This document shows positions 8,006-16,232 of a stretch of 17,576 nucleotides of DNA, piece by piece (positions within the stretch are counted from its first letter, which is position 1; the number at the start of each line of letters is the position of its first letter). The position numbers were made by a program, and so were the translations under genes. The stretch spans positions 375,248-392,823 of the IMG/VR virus record IMGVR_UViG_3300038345_000251. The stretch is one strand, 5' to 3'. This DNA is from a virus. Lineage: Duplodnaviria > Heunggongvirae > Uroviricota > Caudoviricetes. The notes beneath the pieces were generated by a model, which made no database searches, was not told the DNA's origin, and saw only the letters and a program-made list of their open reading frames with translations.

Positions 8006-8824
8006 ATGGGAGTAATAAACATAAAAAAAGAACCAAAACCTGAATGGAGTGAAGAACAAATCCAAAACGATTTGCGAAGACATTTTATGTCCGAATCAAA
8101 TATCAAGTTTGTTGCTGAAAATTTATTCATATATGAATGGGAATCTGACTTATGGTTTTTAACAAAATCGAATATTGCTTATGAAATAGAAATTAAAATT
8201 ACAAAAGCAGATTTTAAAAATGATTTTAAGAAACAGGATAAACATATAATATTGGAAACTAAAGATGATAAAAAGAAAATATTAAAACCTAATTTCTTTT
8301 ATTATGCTGTTCCTGAAAATCTAATAGATGTATCAGAAATACCTGAATATGCTGGATTAATTTATATGAAAGAATATTTTCCATATTTTGATGTAATTAA
8401 ATCAGCACCTAAATTAACAGCAAATAAATTTGATGAACAACAATTAAATCTATTGGAAAAATTCTATTATAATTATAGACAATGGAAAACTAAAACAATG
8501 ATAGAAAAACAAGCAGTTAATGATTTAAATGATTTAATTGATAGTTATCAAGAAAAACCTGAAGGTGAAAAGAAAACATATACAAAACTGCTTGAAGAAA
8601 ACAAAAAGACAAAATTATTATTACAAGAAGAAACAGATAAAGCAGAGAGATATTATAAGTTTTGGTCACAAAATCAAGATGAACTTACTTGTCAACGATA
8701 TGTAATAAGAGAACTTATGGGATTATTAAAAGATAATAAAATACCATTTGATATTGGTAAAATAGAAGATAGTTATTACGAAGATTATGGGAAAAAGAAC
8801 ATGGCTTGGCCAGACTTGGTTTAG
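8006..8824 (+). CDS. MmcB-related PD-(D/E)xK nuclease-like protein with C-terminal coiled-coil extension
   Basis: ESDLWFLTKSNIAYEIEIKITKADFKNDFKK and PNFFYYAVPENLI...EIPEYAGLIY resemble MmcB/DUF1052-type motifs; K/E-rich helical tail. Confidence 0.7.
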   Translation: MGVINIKKEPKPEWSEEQIQNDLRRHFMSESNIKFVAENLFIYEWESDLWFLTKSNIAYEIEIKITKADFKNDFKKQDKHIILETKDDKKKILKPNFFYYAVPENLIDVSEIPEYAGLIYMKEYFPYFDVIKSAPKLTANKFDEQQLNLLEKFYYNYRQWKTKTMIEKQAVNDLNDLIDSYQEKPEGEKKTYTKLLEENKKTKLLLQEETDKAERYYKFWSQNQDELTCQRYVIRELMGLLKDNKIPFDIGKIEDSYYEDYGKKNMAWPDLV

Positions 8825-9044
8825 TGAAAAACATACTGATGTTGTAAAAAAAATAGATAATCCTAGACCAAAACAATGGTTTATCTTTGCCAGCGAAACA
8901 GGTGTTTTTAATTTTAGACCAAATATATTAAAAGTGAAAAACAAACCAGAATCACTTAAAAAGAAACTTAATTTAAAAAAAGAAAGAAACAATTATATAT
9001 ACGATTATGTTGGAAAAATAAAATCAAATGAACCACTTTTATGA
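8787..9044 (+). CDS. Small basic hypothetical protein (85 aa)
   Basis: Stop overlaps the next start (ATGA at 9041); 38-bp overlap with the upstream gene makes the start uncertain. Confidence 0.5.
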   Translation: MGKRTWLGQTWFSEKHTDVVKKIDNPRPKQWFIFASETGVFNFRPNILKVKNKPESLKKKLNLKKERNNYIYDYVGKIKSNEPLL

Positions 9045-9280
9045 AAATATTAAAAAGTAGTTATAAGAAATATTTTACAATTAAACATGATGATGAACCA
9101 AATGTTATTGGTTCTTCACCTTTTAATATTGGTATATATAGATGTGATTTTAGTGGTGAGAGAACAAAATTTATCGGTAATCCCCATATATCAACAAAAG
9201 CATTTACTTCTGATGTATTTGAAAATATGATATATGGTTTACCTGTTGTAATAAAAATATTTGAATTAAAGAAAAAATAA
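9041..9280 (+). CDS. Small hypothetical protein (79 aa)
   Basis: ATGA coupling upstream, TAATG coupling downstream. Confidence 0.6.
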   Translation: MKILKSSYKKYFTIKHDDEPNVIGSSPFNIGIYRCDFSGERTKFIGNPHISTKAFTSDVFENMIYGLPVVIKIFELKKK

Positions 9281-9462
9281 TGGCACTTATCAGAACAAGA
9301 GATACTTTTTGTACTGCAAGAACCTTTGCAAGACATTGTAAAAATGTTTTTGAAGATAGACCATTATTAAAAATGAATTTATTTTACTTCGAAGTTAATA
9401 GAGACATTTTAGAACTAATGAATAAACAGCAATTTAAATTAAAAGACATAAAAATAAAATGA
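9280..9462 (+). CDS. Small hypothetical protein (60 aa)
   Basis: TAATG coupling upstream, ATGA coupling downstream. Confidence 0.6.
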   Translation: MALIRTRDTFCTARTFARHCKNVFEDRPLLKMNLFYFEVNRDILELMNKQQFKLKDIKIK

Positions 9463-9680
9463 GAGTGACAGATTCATTTAAATTACCAAAATATCAAGAA
9501 CAAAGACAAAAACGAAAACGTGCAAGAATGTTAGACAGAGATATTGAAACTGTATTTAATTGTTCTCGTAGATATGTTAGATTCAAAGACATTAAATCAT
9601 TAATATCTATGAAACTATATGATTTAAATTCTAAAAACAAAAAAGGCTATTTAAAGGATAATAGACAAATATTATGGTAA
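9459..9680 (+). CDS. Small Arg/Lys-rich hypothetical protein (73 aa)
   Basis: ATGA coupling; 7-bp overlap with the next ORF. Confidence 0.6.
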   Translation: MRVTDSFKLPKYQEQRQKRKRARMLDRDIETVFNCSRRYVRFKDIKSLISMKLYDLNSKNKKGYLKDNRQILW

Positions 9681-9892
9681 AATATAAATTGTGGAATAAC
9701 TTTGATGGATTTGTTTTACCAGCAAGAAGATTTAGTATAACACCCTTTACTTATAGTAGCCTTTATTTAGATGGATGCGTGAATAAATATCAAAATAATG
9801 GACAGAAAAAAACACAAAAAGGATATTTTATTAACAAATATAAAGAACAAAATAAAATCACAACATTCCAAAATAGAATTAAAATACAATGA
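9674..9892 (+). CDS. Small hypothetical protein (72 aa)
   Basis: Overlapping start/stop on both sides. Confidence 0.55.
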   Translation: MVKYKLWNNFDGFVLPARRFSITPFTYSSLYLDGCVNKYQNNGQKKTQKGYFINKYKEQNKITTFQNRIKIQ

Positions 9893-10083
9893 AATCAGAA
9901 TCACCTGCTGGTAATAGCAAACATATATATACTAAATCACTATTTGCATACTCAACAATTGTTATTAATTTCCATCAACATAAATTTAATAACCATAAAA
10001 ACTTTTTAAATCTTAAAAATGAAAAAAGAATGTTAAAAATTAAACATGATAAATATTGGTTAAATCATATTGAAATAGAATAA
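9889..10083 (+). CDS. Small hypothetical protein (64 aa)
   Basis: ATGA coupling upstream; next ATG 1 nt after the stop. Confidence 0.55.
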   Translation: MKSESPAGNSKHIYTKSLFAYSTIVINFHQHKFNNHKNFLNLKNEKRMLKIKHDKYWLNHIEIE

Positions 10084-10084
10084 T

Positions 10085-10261
10085 ATGCAAAATAATAGAT
10101 ATTGTTGTAACTGCGGTGATTTTATACCTGTAAATATTTTAGAAGGAACTTGTTCATATTTGTCAAAAATGAACTTCTCCAAACGTTCTCCAAATGAGCC
10201 ACATTATGTTCCTATTGACGGATATTGTTCACATTATTATATTAAAAATGAAAAAATTTGA
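10085..10261 (+). CDS. Small Cys-rich protein (58 aa), possible metal binder; not in ORF track
   Basis: Hand translation MQNNRYCCNCGDFIPVNILEGTCSYLSKMNFSKRSPNEPHYVPIDGYCSHYYIKNEKI*; CxxC...C...CxH pattern. Confidence 0.6.
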   Translation: MQNNRYCCNCGDFIPVNILEGTCSYLSKMNFSKRSPNEPHYVPIDGYCSHYYIKNEKI

Positions 10262-10415
10262 TTCACCTTGTATACAATGGACTTCAGCAAGAACATTTTG
10301 CTACACCCCACCTATTATGGATTGTCCTGTAAGATATAATGTCAAACTAAAAGTAAGTGGATATTTTTTAAATGATTTAAAAAATTGCAAGAAACCAACC
10401 CCATTAATCTTTTAA
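10248..10415 (+). CDS. Small hypothetical protein (55 aa, MKKFDSPC...)
   Basis: Internal ATG of track ORF 10194-10415; avoids a long overlap with 10085-10261. Confidence 0.5.
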   Translation: MKKFDSPCIQWTSARTFCYTPPIMDCPVRYNVKLKVSGYFLNDLKNCKKPTPLIF

Positions 10416-10498
10416 TCTTTACATACAAATATTAAATGACACTTTAAATAAAATTTATGTCTGTTTTTAATATAATAACACATGTTTAAAAAAATTTC

Positions 10499-11746
10499 TA
10501 CAAAAATAATTGACTTTTTGTAAATATAATATTATTCATTGTAAATGAAAGTGATTTACAAAACATATAAGTACAGAATGTACCCAAATAAGGAGCAAGA
10601 ACAAATACTTGCAAGGTATTTTGGGTCAGTCAGGTTTATATATAATTACTTTCTTGCTCAAAGAAAACAACAATATTCTGAAAATGGTACAAGTGATAAC
10701 TACTATCAACAAGCAAAAACACTTACCAATTTAAAAAAACAAGAAGAATACTCATGGTTAAAGGAAATTAACTCACAAACATTACAATTTACTTTAAGAA
10801 ACTTAGAAACTGCATATACTAATTTCTTTAATGGTAAAGCAAGGTTTCCAAGATTCAAAGCAAAGAAAAATGGTTGTAGTTTCCATATACCACAATTTTG
10901 TTCCATTGAAAATGGCATGGTTTATATACCAAAACTCAAAAATGGTATAAAAATAGTGGAACACAGACCATTCAAAGGTGGTGATGTTAGAAACATGACA
11001 ATCTCTGTCACACCAAGTGGGAAATATTATGTTTCCATACTTACACAAGTTGCATATGAGCCTTTACAGAAAACCAATGTAATGGTTGGTATAGACTTGG
11101 GTTTGAAAGACTTGGTGATTACAAGTGATGGTAAGAAATATTCAAGTAACAAATTCATCAAACATTACACCAAGGAACTTGCAAAAGCACAAAAACACTT
11201 GTCAAGGAAACAGAAAGGTAGTAATTCTTGGAACAGACAAAGACTTAAAGTTGCAAAAATACAGGAGAAAATACATAACTGTAGGTTTGATAAATTACAC
11301 AAGATTAGTACTGATTTGATTAGAAATTATGATGTGATTTGTTGTGAAGATTTGAATGTTAAGGGAATGCAAAAAAATCATAAACTTGCACAATCAATTT
11401 CAGATGCAAGTTGGGGTACATTTCTTACAATGCTTACATATAAAGCAGAAATGAATGATAAACAAGTAGTAAAGATAGGTAGATACTACCCATCTTCAAA
11501 AACTTGTCATTGTTGTGGTTATGTAAAAGAGGATTTAACACTTAGGGATAGAGAATGGATTTGTCCTGTTTGTGGTGAAGTTCTTGACAGAGATACAAAT
11601 GCAGCAATGAATATTCTTTCAGAAGGGTTAAAAAATATATCATCAGGAACTGGTGATTACACTGATGGAGTGGATATAAGACATTTTCAAAGGCAATCTA
11701 CTATGAAGTCAGAAGCCAACAAATCTTTAGTTTGTTGGTAGTTCAC
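10499..11746 (+). mobile_element. Solo-TnpB (IS200/IS605-superfamily, IS1341-like) element; left boundary uncertain
   Basis: tnpB with no tnpA; right-end hairpin ccaacaaa/tttgttgg (11716-11738) ending AGTTCAC at 11746; upstream hairpin tacaaaaa/tttttgta (10499-10522). Confidence 0.65.
10545..11741 (+). CDS. tnpB: RNA-guided endonuclease TnpB (IS605 OrfB family), 398 aa
   Basis: N-terminal YKYRMYPNKEQ...FGSVRFIYNYFL HTH; RuvC-I GIDLG, RuvC-II CEDL, Zn ribbon CHCCG...CPVCG, RuvC-III DRDTNAAMNI; D/E/D triad intact. Confidence 0.95.
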   Translation: MKVIYKTYKYRMYPNKEQEQILARYFGSVRFIYNYFLAQRKQQYSENGTSDNYYQQAKTLTNLKKQEEYSWLKEINSQTLQFTLRNLETAYTNFFNGKARFPRFKAKKNGCSFHIPQFCSIENGMVYIPKLKNGIKIVEHRPFKGGDVRNMTISVTPSGKYYVSILTQVAYEPLQKTNVMVGIDLGLKDLVITSDGKKYSSNKFIKHYTKELAKAQKHLSRKQKGSNSWNRQRLKVAKIQEKIHNCRFDKLHKISTDLIRNYDVICCEDLNVKGMQKNHKLAQSISDASWGTFLTMLTYKAEMNDKQVVKIGRYYPSSKTCHCCGYVKEDLTLRDREWICPVCGEVLDRDTNAAMNILSEGLKNISSGTGDYTDGVDIRHFQRQSTMKSEANKSLVCW

Positions 11747-11766
11747 TAACAGATAGATTTAATCAA
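11600..11766 (+). ncRNA. Predicted TnpB omegaRNA (scaffold overlapping tnpB 3' end to 11746; guide from 11747); 5' boundary approximate
   Basis: GAAGCC-hairpin-AGTTCAC end typical of tnpB elements; GAACT (11647-11651) is complementary to AGTTC (11740-11744). Location follows established TnpB biology. Confidence 0.6.
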
Positions 11767-11830
11767 GGAGTATATATACTGTAAATAGAACACTTCGTTA
11801 AATGGATAAATAAACCTGATGAAAAAGATA

Positions 11831-11846
11831 TGGCATAATCTTTGAT
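11831..11846 (+). promoter_or_regulatory. Sigma-54-like promoter (degenerate -12)
   Basis: TGGCATAATCTTTGAT vs TGGCACG-N4-TTGC; 35 bp upstream of ATG 11881. Confidence 0.35.
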
Positions 11847-11880
11847 ATATACCTCTGATATACTAAAACCTAAAATAATA

Positions 11881-12267
11881 ATGGATTTAATTATTAACGC
11901 AAGACTGATTAATAAGAAAAAGGAACCAAAATTTAAAATTGCAAAAGAAAATATTGTTTGCTATAAAGTTGTCGAATCTTGGTATAAACCAAATCTGAAT
12001 ACACTTTATAATGAAACAAATAATCTAATATATAACTATAGTAAATATTATGATACATATAACATTTCTGATGGAGTATTTCGTACTTTTAGAAATTATG
12101 AAGGTGCTAAAAAAACATATGACTATTATTCTATAAATAAAAAACTTAATATTATAGAATGTGTTATACCTAAAGGTACTGAATATGTAAAAGATATTTT
12201 TAATGGATTGCCTAACGCAAACCAATATGGAAGTAAATCAATTATATATAATAAAATAATAAAATAA
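11881..12267 (+). CDS. Hypothetical protein of a Bacteroidota-phage family (IAKENIVCYK...CVIPKGTEY...YGSKSI)
   Basis: Motif pattern recognised from Bacteroidota phage hypotheticals; the track starts at 11842 and ATG 11881 is preferred. Confidence 0.7.
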   Translation: MDLIINARLINKKKEPKFKIAKENIVCYKVVESWYKPNLNTLYNETNNLIYNYSKYYDTYNISDGVFRTFRNYEGAKKTYDYYSINKKLNIIECVIPKGTEYVKDIFNGLPNANQYGSKSIIYNKIIK

Positions 12268-12270
12268 ATT

Positions 12271-13245
12271 ATGAGTAGTGAAAATGAATTAAAACATCAT
12301 ATTATTACAGAATTTGCAAGAAATTATACAAGTCCCGCTGTTCTTAAAGAAGAACATGGTTATATTAATAATATTGATGCTGTTATTGAGTATTTTAAAA
12401 CTCTTGTAGAACCACAAGTTAAACTTGTGTTTGGTGATACACCAGGAAATTCTGTATCAAAAACATATAAAAATAAAATTAACATTAATACATTTTTTGA
12501 ATATTATAATCTGGATATTACTTTTGAATATTCAAAAACATCTTCTTATAAAGGTGGAGCAGCACCTAAGTCTGTTTATGTTCATCCAATAAAAGGTGAA
12601 TGGGTTTGTGTTCCAGATATTGAATTAACTATTATTGCATCTAACGGAATTAAAGCAATGAAGAATTTTTCGTTTGCTATCGGTCACGAATTAACCCATT
12701 GCTATGACTTACTTCAATATGCAAAAGAAACAAATCAAGACCCTTGGTATAGTATTGATAGAAACAGGTATTTTGATATAAGAACAAAGCATATGTACGG
12801 TATTGGTAATGAAAAAGCCTCTGCTAACATCCTCTATCTCCTTAATAGAATGGAAAGAAATGCTTATATTGCACAATTAAAACAAGAACTTTTAAATAAT
12901 AAAAAACAAATAAAAGATTCTAAATCTGCATTCGATGCTGTTAAAAATACTGAATCTTATAAAAAGTTCATTAACCTTGAAAATAATATGAATGTCATTA
13001 TGAATTTAACAGATGAAGAAACACAACAAAATCTTATTAAATATCTTAATGATATAATGCATAAAAAATTTACTACCTATAACCAATTGAAAAAATATTA
13101 TCTTAATAGATGGCAAAAATGGAAATATAAATATCTTACTACAGCATCAAAAATTGTACACGATATTTATACACAAGATAATAAAAATACTTGGCTTGAT
13201 AATGGTATGTTCGGTAAAAATGATTTAACAATTAAAACTAAATAA
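12271..13245 (+). CDS. Zincin-like HExxH putative metallopeptidase (324 aa)
   Basis: FAIGHELTHCYD motif preceded by beta-strand-like segment; downstream ERNAYIAQ provides a candidate third ligand Glu. Confidence 0.65.
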   Translation: MSSENELKHHIITEFARNYTSPAVLKEEHGYINNIDAVIEYFKTLVEPQVKLVFGDTPGNSVSKTYKNKININTFFEYYNLDITFEYSKTSSYKGGAAPKSVYVHPIKGEWVCVPDIELTIIASNGIKAMKNFSFAIGHELTHCYDLLQYAKETNQDPWYSIDRNRYFDIRTKHMYGIGNEKASANILYLLNRMERNAYIAQLKQELLNNKKQIKDSKSAFDAVKNTESYKKFINLENNMNVIMNLTDEETQQNLIKYLNDIMHKKFTTYNQLKKYYLNRWQKWKYKYLTTASKIVHDIYTQDNKNTWLDNGMFGKNDLTIKTK

Positions 13246-13248
13246 ACT

Positions 13249-13545
13249 ATGTTACAAATAATTACTCTCTGTGCTATTGTAATACTCATTCTCTTTCTTG
13301 TTACAATGCTTGGCATAAATAAATGCACACCAGAAAAGAACACTGAATCTAAACTATCATTTGCTATGGCTGCTGCTTGTGTTCTTGTTATGGGAATGTT
13401 CTGTTACCTTATTTGTACACAACCAGCTACACCTAAAGTGATAGAAACACCTGGTCAACCACAAATTGACACCTGTATTATGATTATTGATGGTGTGGCT
13501 GATACTTCCTATATCTATACCTTCCCTAATTATTTTGTGGATTAA
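13249..13545 (+). CDS. Two-TM membrane protein (98 aa)
   Basis: Hydrophobic IITLCAIVILILFLVTMLG and FAMAAACVLVMGMFCYLIC. Confidence 0.75.
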   Translation: MLQIITLCAIVILILFLVTMLGINKCTPEKNTESKLSFAMAAACVLVMGMFCYLICTQPATPKVIETPGQPQIDTCIMIIDGVADTSYIYTFPNYFVD

Positions 13546-13547
13546 TT

Positions 13548-14003
13548 ATGTTTAATATAGAATCACCTATCGAAATTTATTATCGAAATCATCCAAAAGC
13601 ATTGGTTGAGGAATATTTGCAATACGTTAAAGAAGAAAAAGAACGTAAATACGCAGAAGAAAAAGAAAGATATAATAACTGTATTGAATGGTATAAAAAC
13701 CTTAAGGGAAGATATTTTATCATTACTTTTAATAGAAGTTCATTTATTGCACTTTATGTAGATAAATGGCCTTCTTCTGAATTTAATACTTCATATACCT
13801 GCTATAATATCTCTCTTGATAGTTACAGTATCTGTAAAACAGAAAGAAAGATTAATAGATATTGGTTTAAAAACCCTTATGAAAAGCCTTATAGTGGACA
13901 AGATGTGGGTGAATGTAAGGAAATTACTAAAGAAGAATTTGATTCTATCGTAGACAAATGTAATATTATCGAAAACCTTGTTAAATCAATTAATTTAAAA
14001 TAG
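13548..14003 (+). CDS. Hypothetical protein (151 aa)
   Basis: Tightly packed operon ORF. Confidence 0.75.
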   Translation: MFNIESPIEIYYRNHPKALVEEYLQYVKEEKERKYAEEKERYNNCIEWYKNLKGRYFIITFNRSSFIALYVDKWPSSEFNTSYTCYNISLDSYSICKTERKINRYWFKNPYEKPYSGQDVGECKEITKEEFDSIVDKCNIIENLVKSINLK

Positions 14004-14014
14004 ATGATTAATTT

Positions 14015-14302
14015 ATGGGAATGACTTATACATATGACACAGGAAAAATAACAAGAGATTTCCATCTTCTTAAACCAGATGGAAAATCCTGTACTAAATC
14101 AAATCTACCTCCAGGTGTACATTGTATCGGATGTCAATTCTATGCTGGAGAATATTCAGCATATGATTATGAAAAAACTGAATGGAAAACCTTTATTAAA
14201 TGTAAACTCCCTGGTATTAGTGACCATGAAAGTGCACGAAGTTTTGTTAGACAAATGTATGAAAAATTTGAAACTGAAGCACTAGAATATTTGTGTCAAT
14301 AG
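14015..14302 (+). CDS. Cys-containing hypothetical protein (95 aa), possible Zn binder
   Basis: C...HCIGC...C...H pattern. Confidence 0.7.
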   Translation: MGMTYTYDTGKITRDFHLLKPDGKSCTKSNLPPGVHCIGCQFYAGEYSAYDYEKTEWKTFIKCKLPGISDHESARSFVRQMYEKFETEALEYLCQ

Positions 14303-14321
14303 TGATAAAATAAATAAATAT

Positions 14322-14543
14322 ATGACTTTAAGAGAATTAATTAATAGACTTGAACAACTGTCAAAAAATGGCTTGAATGACAAAATGACTGTTATGGTTC
14401 ATGTTGAAGGATATATGGAACAAGATTGTTTTGGTCAAGATGATTGTGCCGAAGTTGATAATGCATATATTGATATGTTTAATAACTGTGGTACATTCGA
14501 TGAATCAGATGATTCTTATGAATTTATTAAAATTAAAGCATAA
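14322..14543 (+). CDS. Small acidic hypothetical protein (73 aa)
   Basis: MTLRELINRLEQL start is typical of small phage proteins; AT-rich leader. Confidence 0.75.
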   Translation: MTLRELINRLEQLSKNGLNDKMTVMVHVEGYMEQDCFGQDDCAEVDNAYIDMFNNCGTFDESDDSYEFIKIKA

Positions 14544-14593
14544 AAATTTGGTAAATTTTATCTTTGCACTATGAACAAAAATTAACAGATAAA

Positions 14594-14625
14594 TTTGGCT
14601 ATTTGTTAAAAAAATTATATATTTG
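14594..14625 (+). promoter_or_regulatory. Consensus Bacteroidota primary-sigma promoter
   Basis: TTTG (14594-14597), 20 nt, TATATTTG (14618-14625) matches TTTG-N19-21-TAnnTTTG; 45 bp upstream of ATG 14670. Confidence 0.75.
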
Positions 14626-14669
14626 TAATGTTAAATAATTTTTTTGAGTAAATTTAAAATTAAAACATT

Positions 14670-15059
14670 ATGACACAGGAAGGGTTTCAAAACAAGGTAA
14701 AAGAGTTAAGGGATTCTTTAGTAAAAACAATCGAAGAATACATAGAATCCAATAAGCAGTATAACAACGGTGATATTTTAAAAATTTCTTTTACCAAGAA
14801 TGAAAAAAAATTTGTTTACAAATGTATGATAGTGAACATCTATCTAAAGCCAGATATGGTGTTTATGTCTACAATGCAGTGGCCAACACCTACAATATTG
14901 TATTTTGCCAGAAATTGTTGGAAAAATGAGAACGGAGTAATTGAAGTCGGTGAACATTGCCCACTTGGTTATCTTGAAGGAAGTGAAAATATTTGTGGTC
15001 ATATTGGTATAGATATGGACACATTGAAAATAGAAGTCATTAATATGAATGAATTATAG
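14670..15059 (+). CDS. Hypothetical protein (129 aa)
   Basis: ORF directly downstream of the promoter. Confidence 0.75.
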   Translation: MTQEGFQNKVKELRDSLVKTIEEYIESNKQYNNGDILKISFTKNEKKFVYKCMIVNIYLKPDMVFMSTMQWPTPTILYFARNCWKNENGVIEVGEHCPLGYLEGSENICGHIGIDMDTLKIEVINMNEL

Positions 15060-15061
15060 TT

Positions 15062-15484
15062 ATGAAACTGACACAAGAAGAAAAACAAATTACTGATTTT
15101 GTTGAGAAATACAACGAACAAATGGATTGGAACAAAGACATACGCTCCAACATTAAGAATAGTTCCAAATGGTCAAAGGATTTCATTGAAAAATGGCTTC
15201 CTACGGATAAAATTGATGAATCCTCTTTCGAATTGAAAGACGCAAAAGTTTATCCGTGTGATAGTAAAAGACTTGAAATGTACGTATATTCTTATAAAAA
15301 ATACGGTAAAATCTATTTTTGGGTTAATCCAAACATTACGGAACAAGAATATAAAGAGGAAAGAATCAATTTTATGAGACAAGATATTGTTCATCTTCTT
15401 GGGGAATTGCAGCCGAAAATAAAAGACCTTATGGCAAAGAACGATGCATATTCGAAAATCAAAAAAGCACTTGCAAAACTATGA
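15062..15484 (+). CDS. Hypothetical protein (140 aa)
   Basis: Operon-packed ORF, 2-bp gap. Confidence 0.75.
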   Translation: MKLTQEEKQITDFVEKYNEQMDWNKDIRSNIKNSSKWSKDFIEKWLPTDKIDESSFELKDAKVYPCDSKRLEMYVYSYKKYGKIYFWVNPNITEQEYKEERINFMRQDIVHLLGELQPKIKDLMAKNDAYSKIKKALAKL

Positions 15485-15506
15485 AAGCAAATAAAAAATA
15501 AATATT

Positions 15507-15905
15507 ATGACAAAAGAAGAAAAACAATTATTGCTTAAAGACCTATGTGCAAGGTTGTATTATGGGGTTTATGTTGATGCATATTCGTGGCAAAAAGATA
15601 CTCCCAAATTGCTCCTTGAATGTGTACCAGAATATATAGGAGAAGAAATTGTGGTTAACAGATTGGCTGGAAGACATTCGATAAAGGAAATCAAACCATA
15701 TCTTCGTCCAATGTCTTCTATGACGGAGGAAGAGAGGGAAGAATACTGTAATTTACAAGATAGATTTCTTTGTAGTCCCCAATATCCAGTTACTGATGCT
15801 TATGAAATCTTTGATTGGCTCAATTCCCATCATTTTGACTATCGTGGACTTATACCTATGGGTTTGGCTTTGGAAGCACCAGAAGATATGTATAAGGAGG
15901 GATAA
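15507..15905 (+). CDS. Conserved Bacteroidota phage/prophage hypothetical protein (132 aa)
   Basis: LLLKDLCARL, IKPYLRPMSSMTEEE and DWLNSHHFDYRGLI...LALEAPE motifs recognised. Confidence 0.82.
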   Translation: MTKEEKQLLLKDLCARLYYGVYVDAYSWQKDTPKLLLECVPEYIGEEIVVNRLAGRHSIKEIKPYLRPMSSMTEEEREEYCNLQDRFLCSPQYPVTDAYEIFDWLNSHHFDYRGLIPMGLALEAPEDMYKEG

Positions 15906-15908
15906 GAT

Positions 15909-16025
15909 ATGCCGATAGCAAAATGTGGGGTACAGTTTTCGTGGGACACACCAATGTGGTGTAAAACCGATAAAAAAGATTGTGATAAATGCCCATTAAA
16001 CAACAAATATAATAAAGATAATTAA
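15909..16025 (+). CDS. Tiny Cys-rich protein (38 aa); not in ORF track
   Basis: MPIAKCGVQFSWDTPMWCKTDKKDCDKCPLNNKYNKDN*; fills the gap exactly with 3-bp spacing on each side. Confidence 0.55.
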   Translation: MPIAKCGVQFSWDTPMWCKTDKKDCDKCPLNNKYNKDN

Positions 16026-16028
16026 GTT

Positions 16029-16214
16029 ATGACAGAAGTTTCTGTAAATATAAAACATAAGGATGGACTTTTGGTAAAAGATATGTGTGACTATGCTCTT
16101 GCCTACATGGATGAACATAATATCAAACGTAGAGGTGTAGAAAGAGTTACAAAAGAGATATTAGATAAAGTGAATTGGATGCTTGACAACCCACTAAAAG
16201 ACGGAAGATACTAA
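16029..16214 (+). CDS. Hypothetical protein (61 aa)
   Basis: Operon-packed ORF. Confidence 0.65.
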   Translation: MTEVSVNIKHKDGLLVKDMCDYALAYMDEHNIKRRGVERVTKEILDKVNWMLDNPLKDGRY

Positions 16215-16232
16215 TTAAAATATTCTAAAACT

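Noticed and set aside
9898-9919. Resemblance to 5342-5368 (gaatcacctg...gtaatagca) as a second captured fragment
   Set aside because: Only 10+9 bp split by an unequal gap; compatible with chance.
10085-10261. Cys-rich micro-ORFs as RiPP precursors
   Set aside because: No modifying enzyme, transporter or leader peptide is evident; a metal-binding mini-protein is more parsimonious.
14547-14566. Second Bacteroidota promoter (TATCTTTG)
   Set aside because: Good -7 box, but the TTTG is only 8 bp upstream; at most a deleted remnant.
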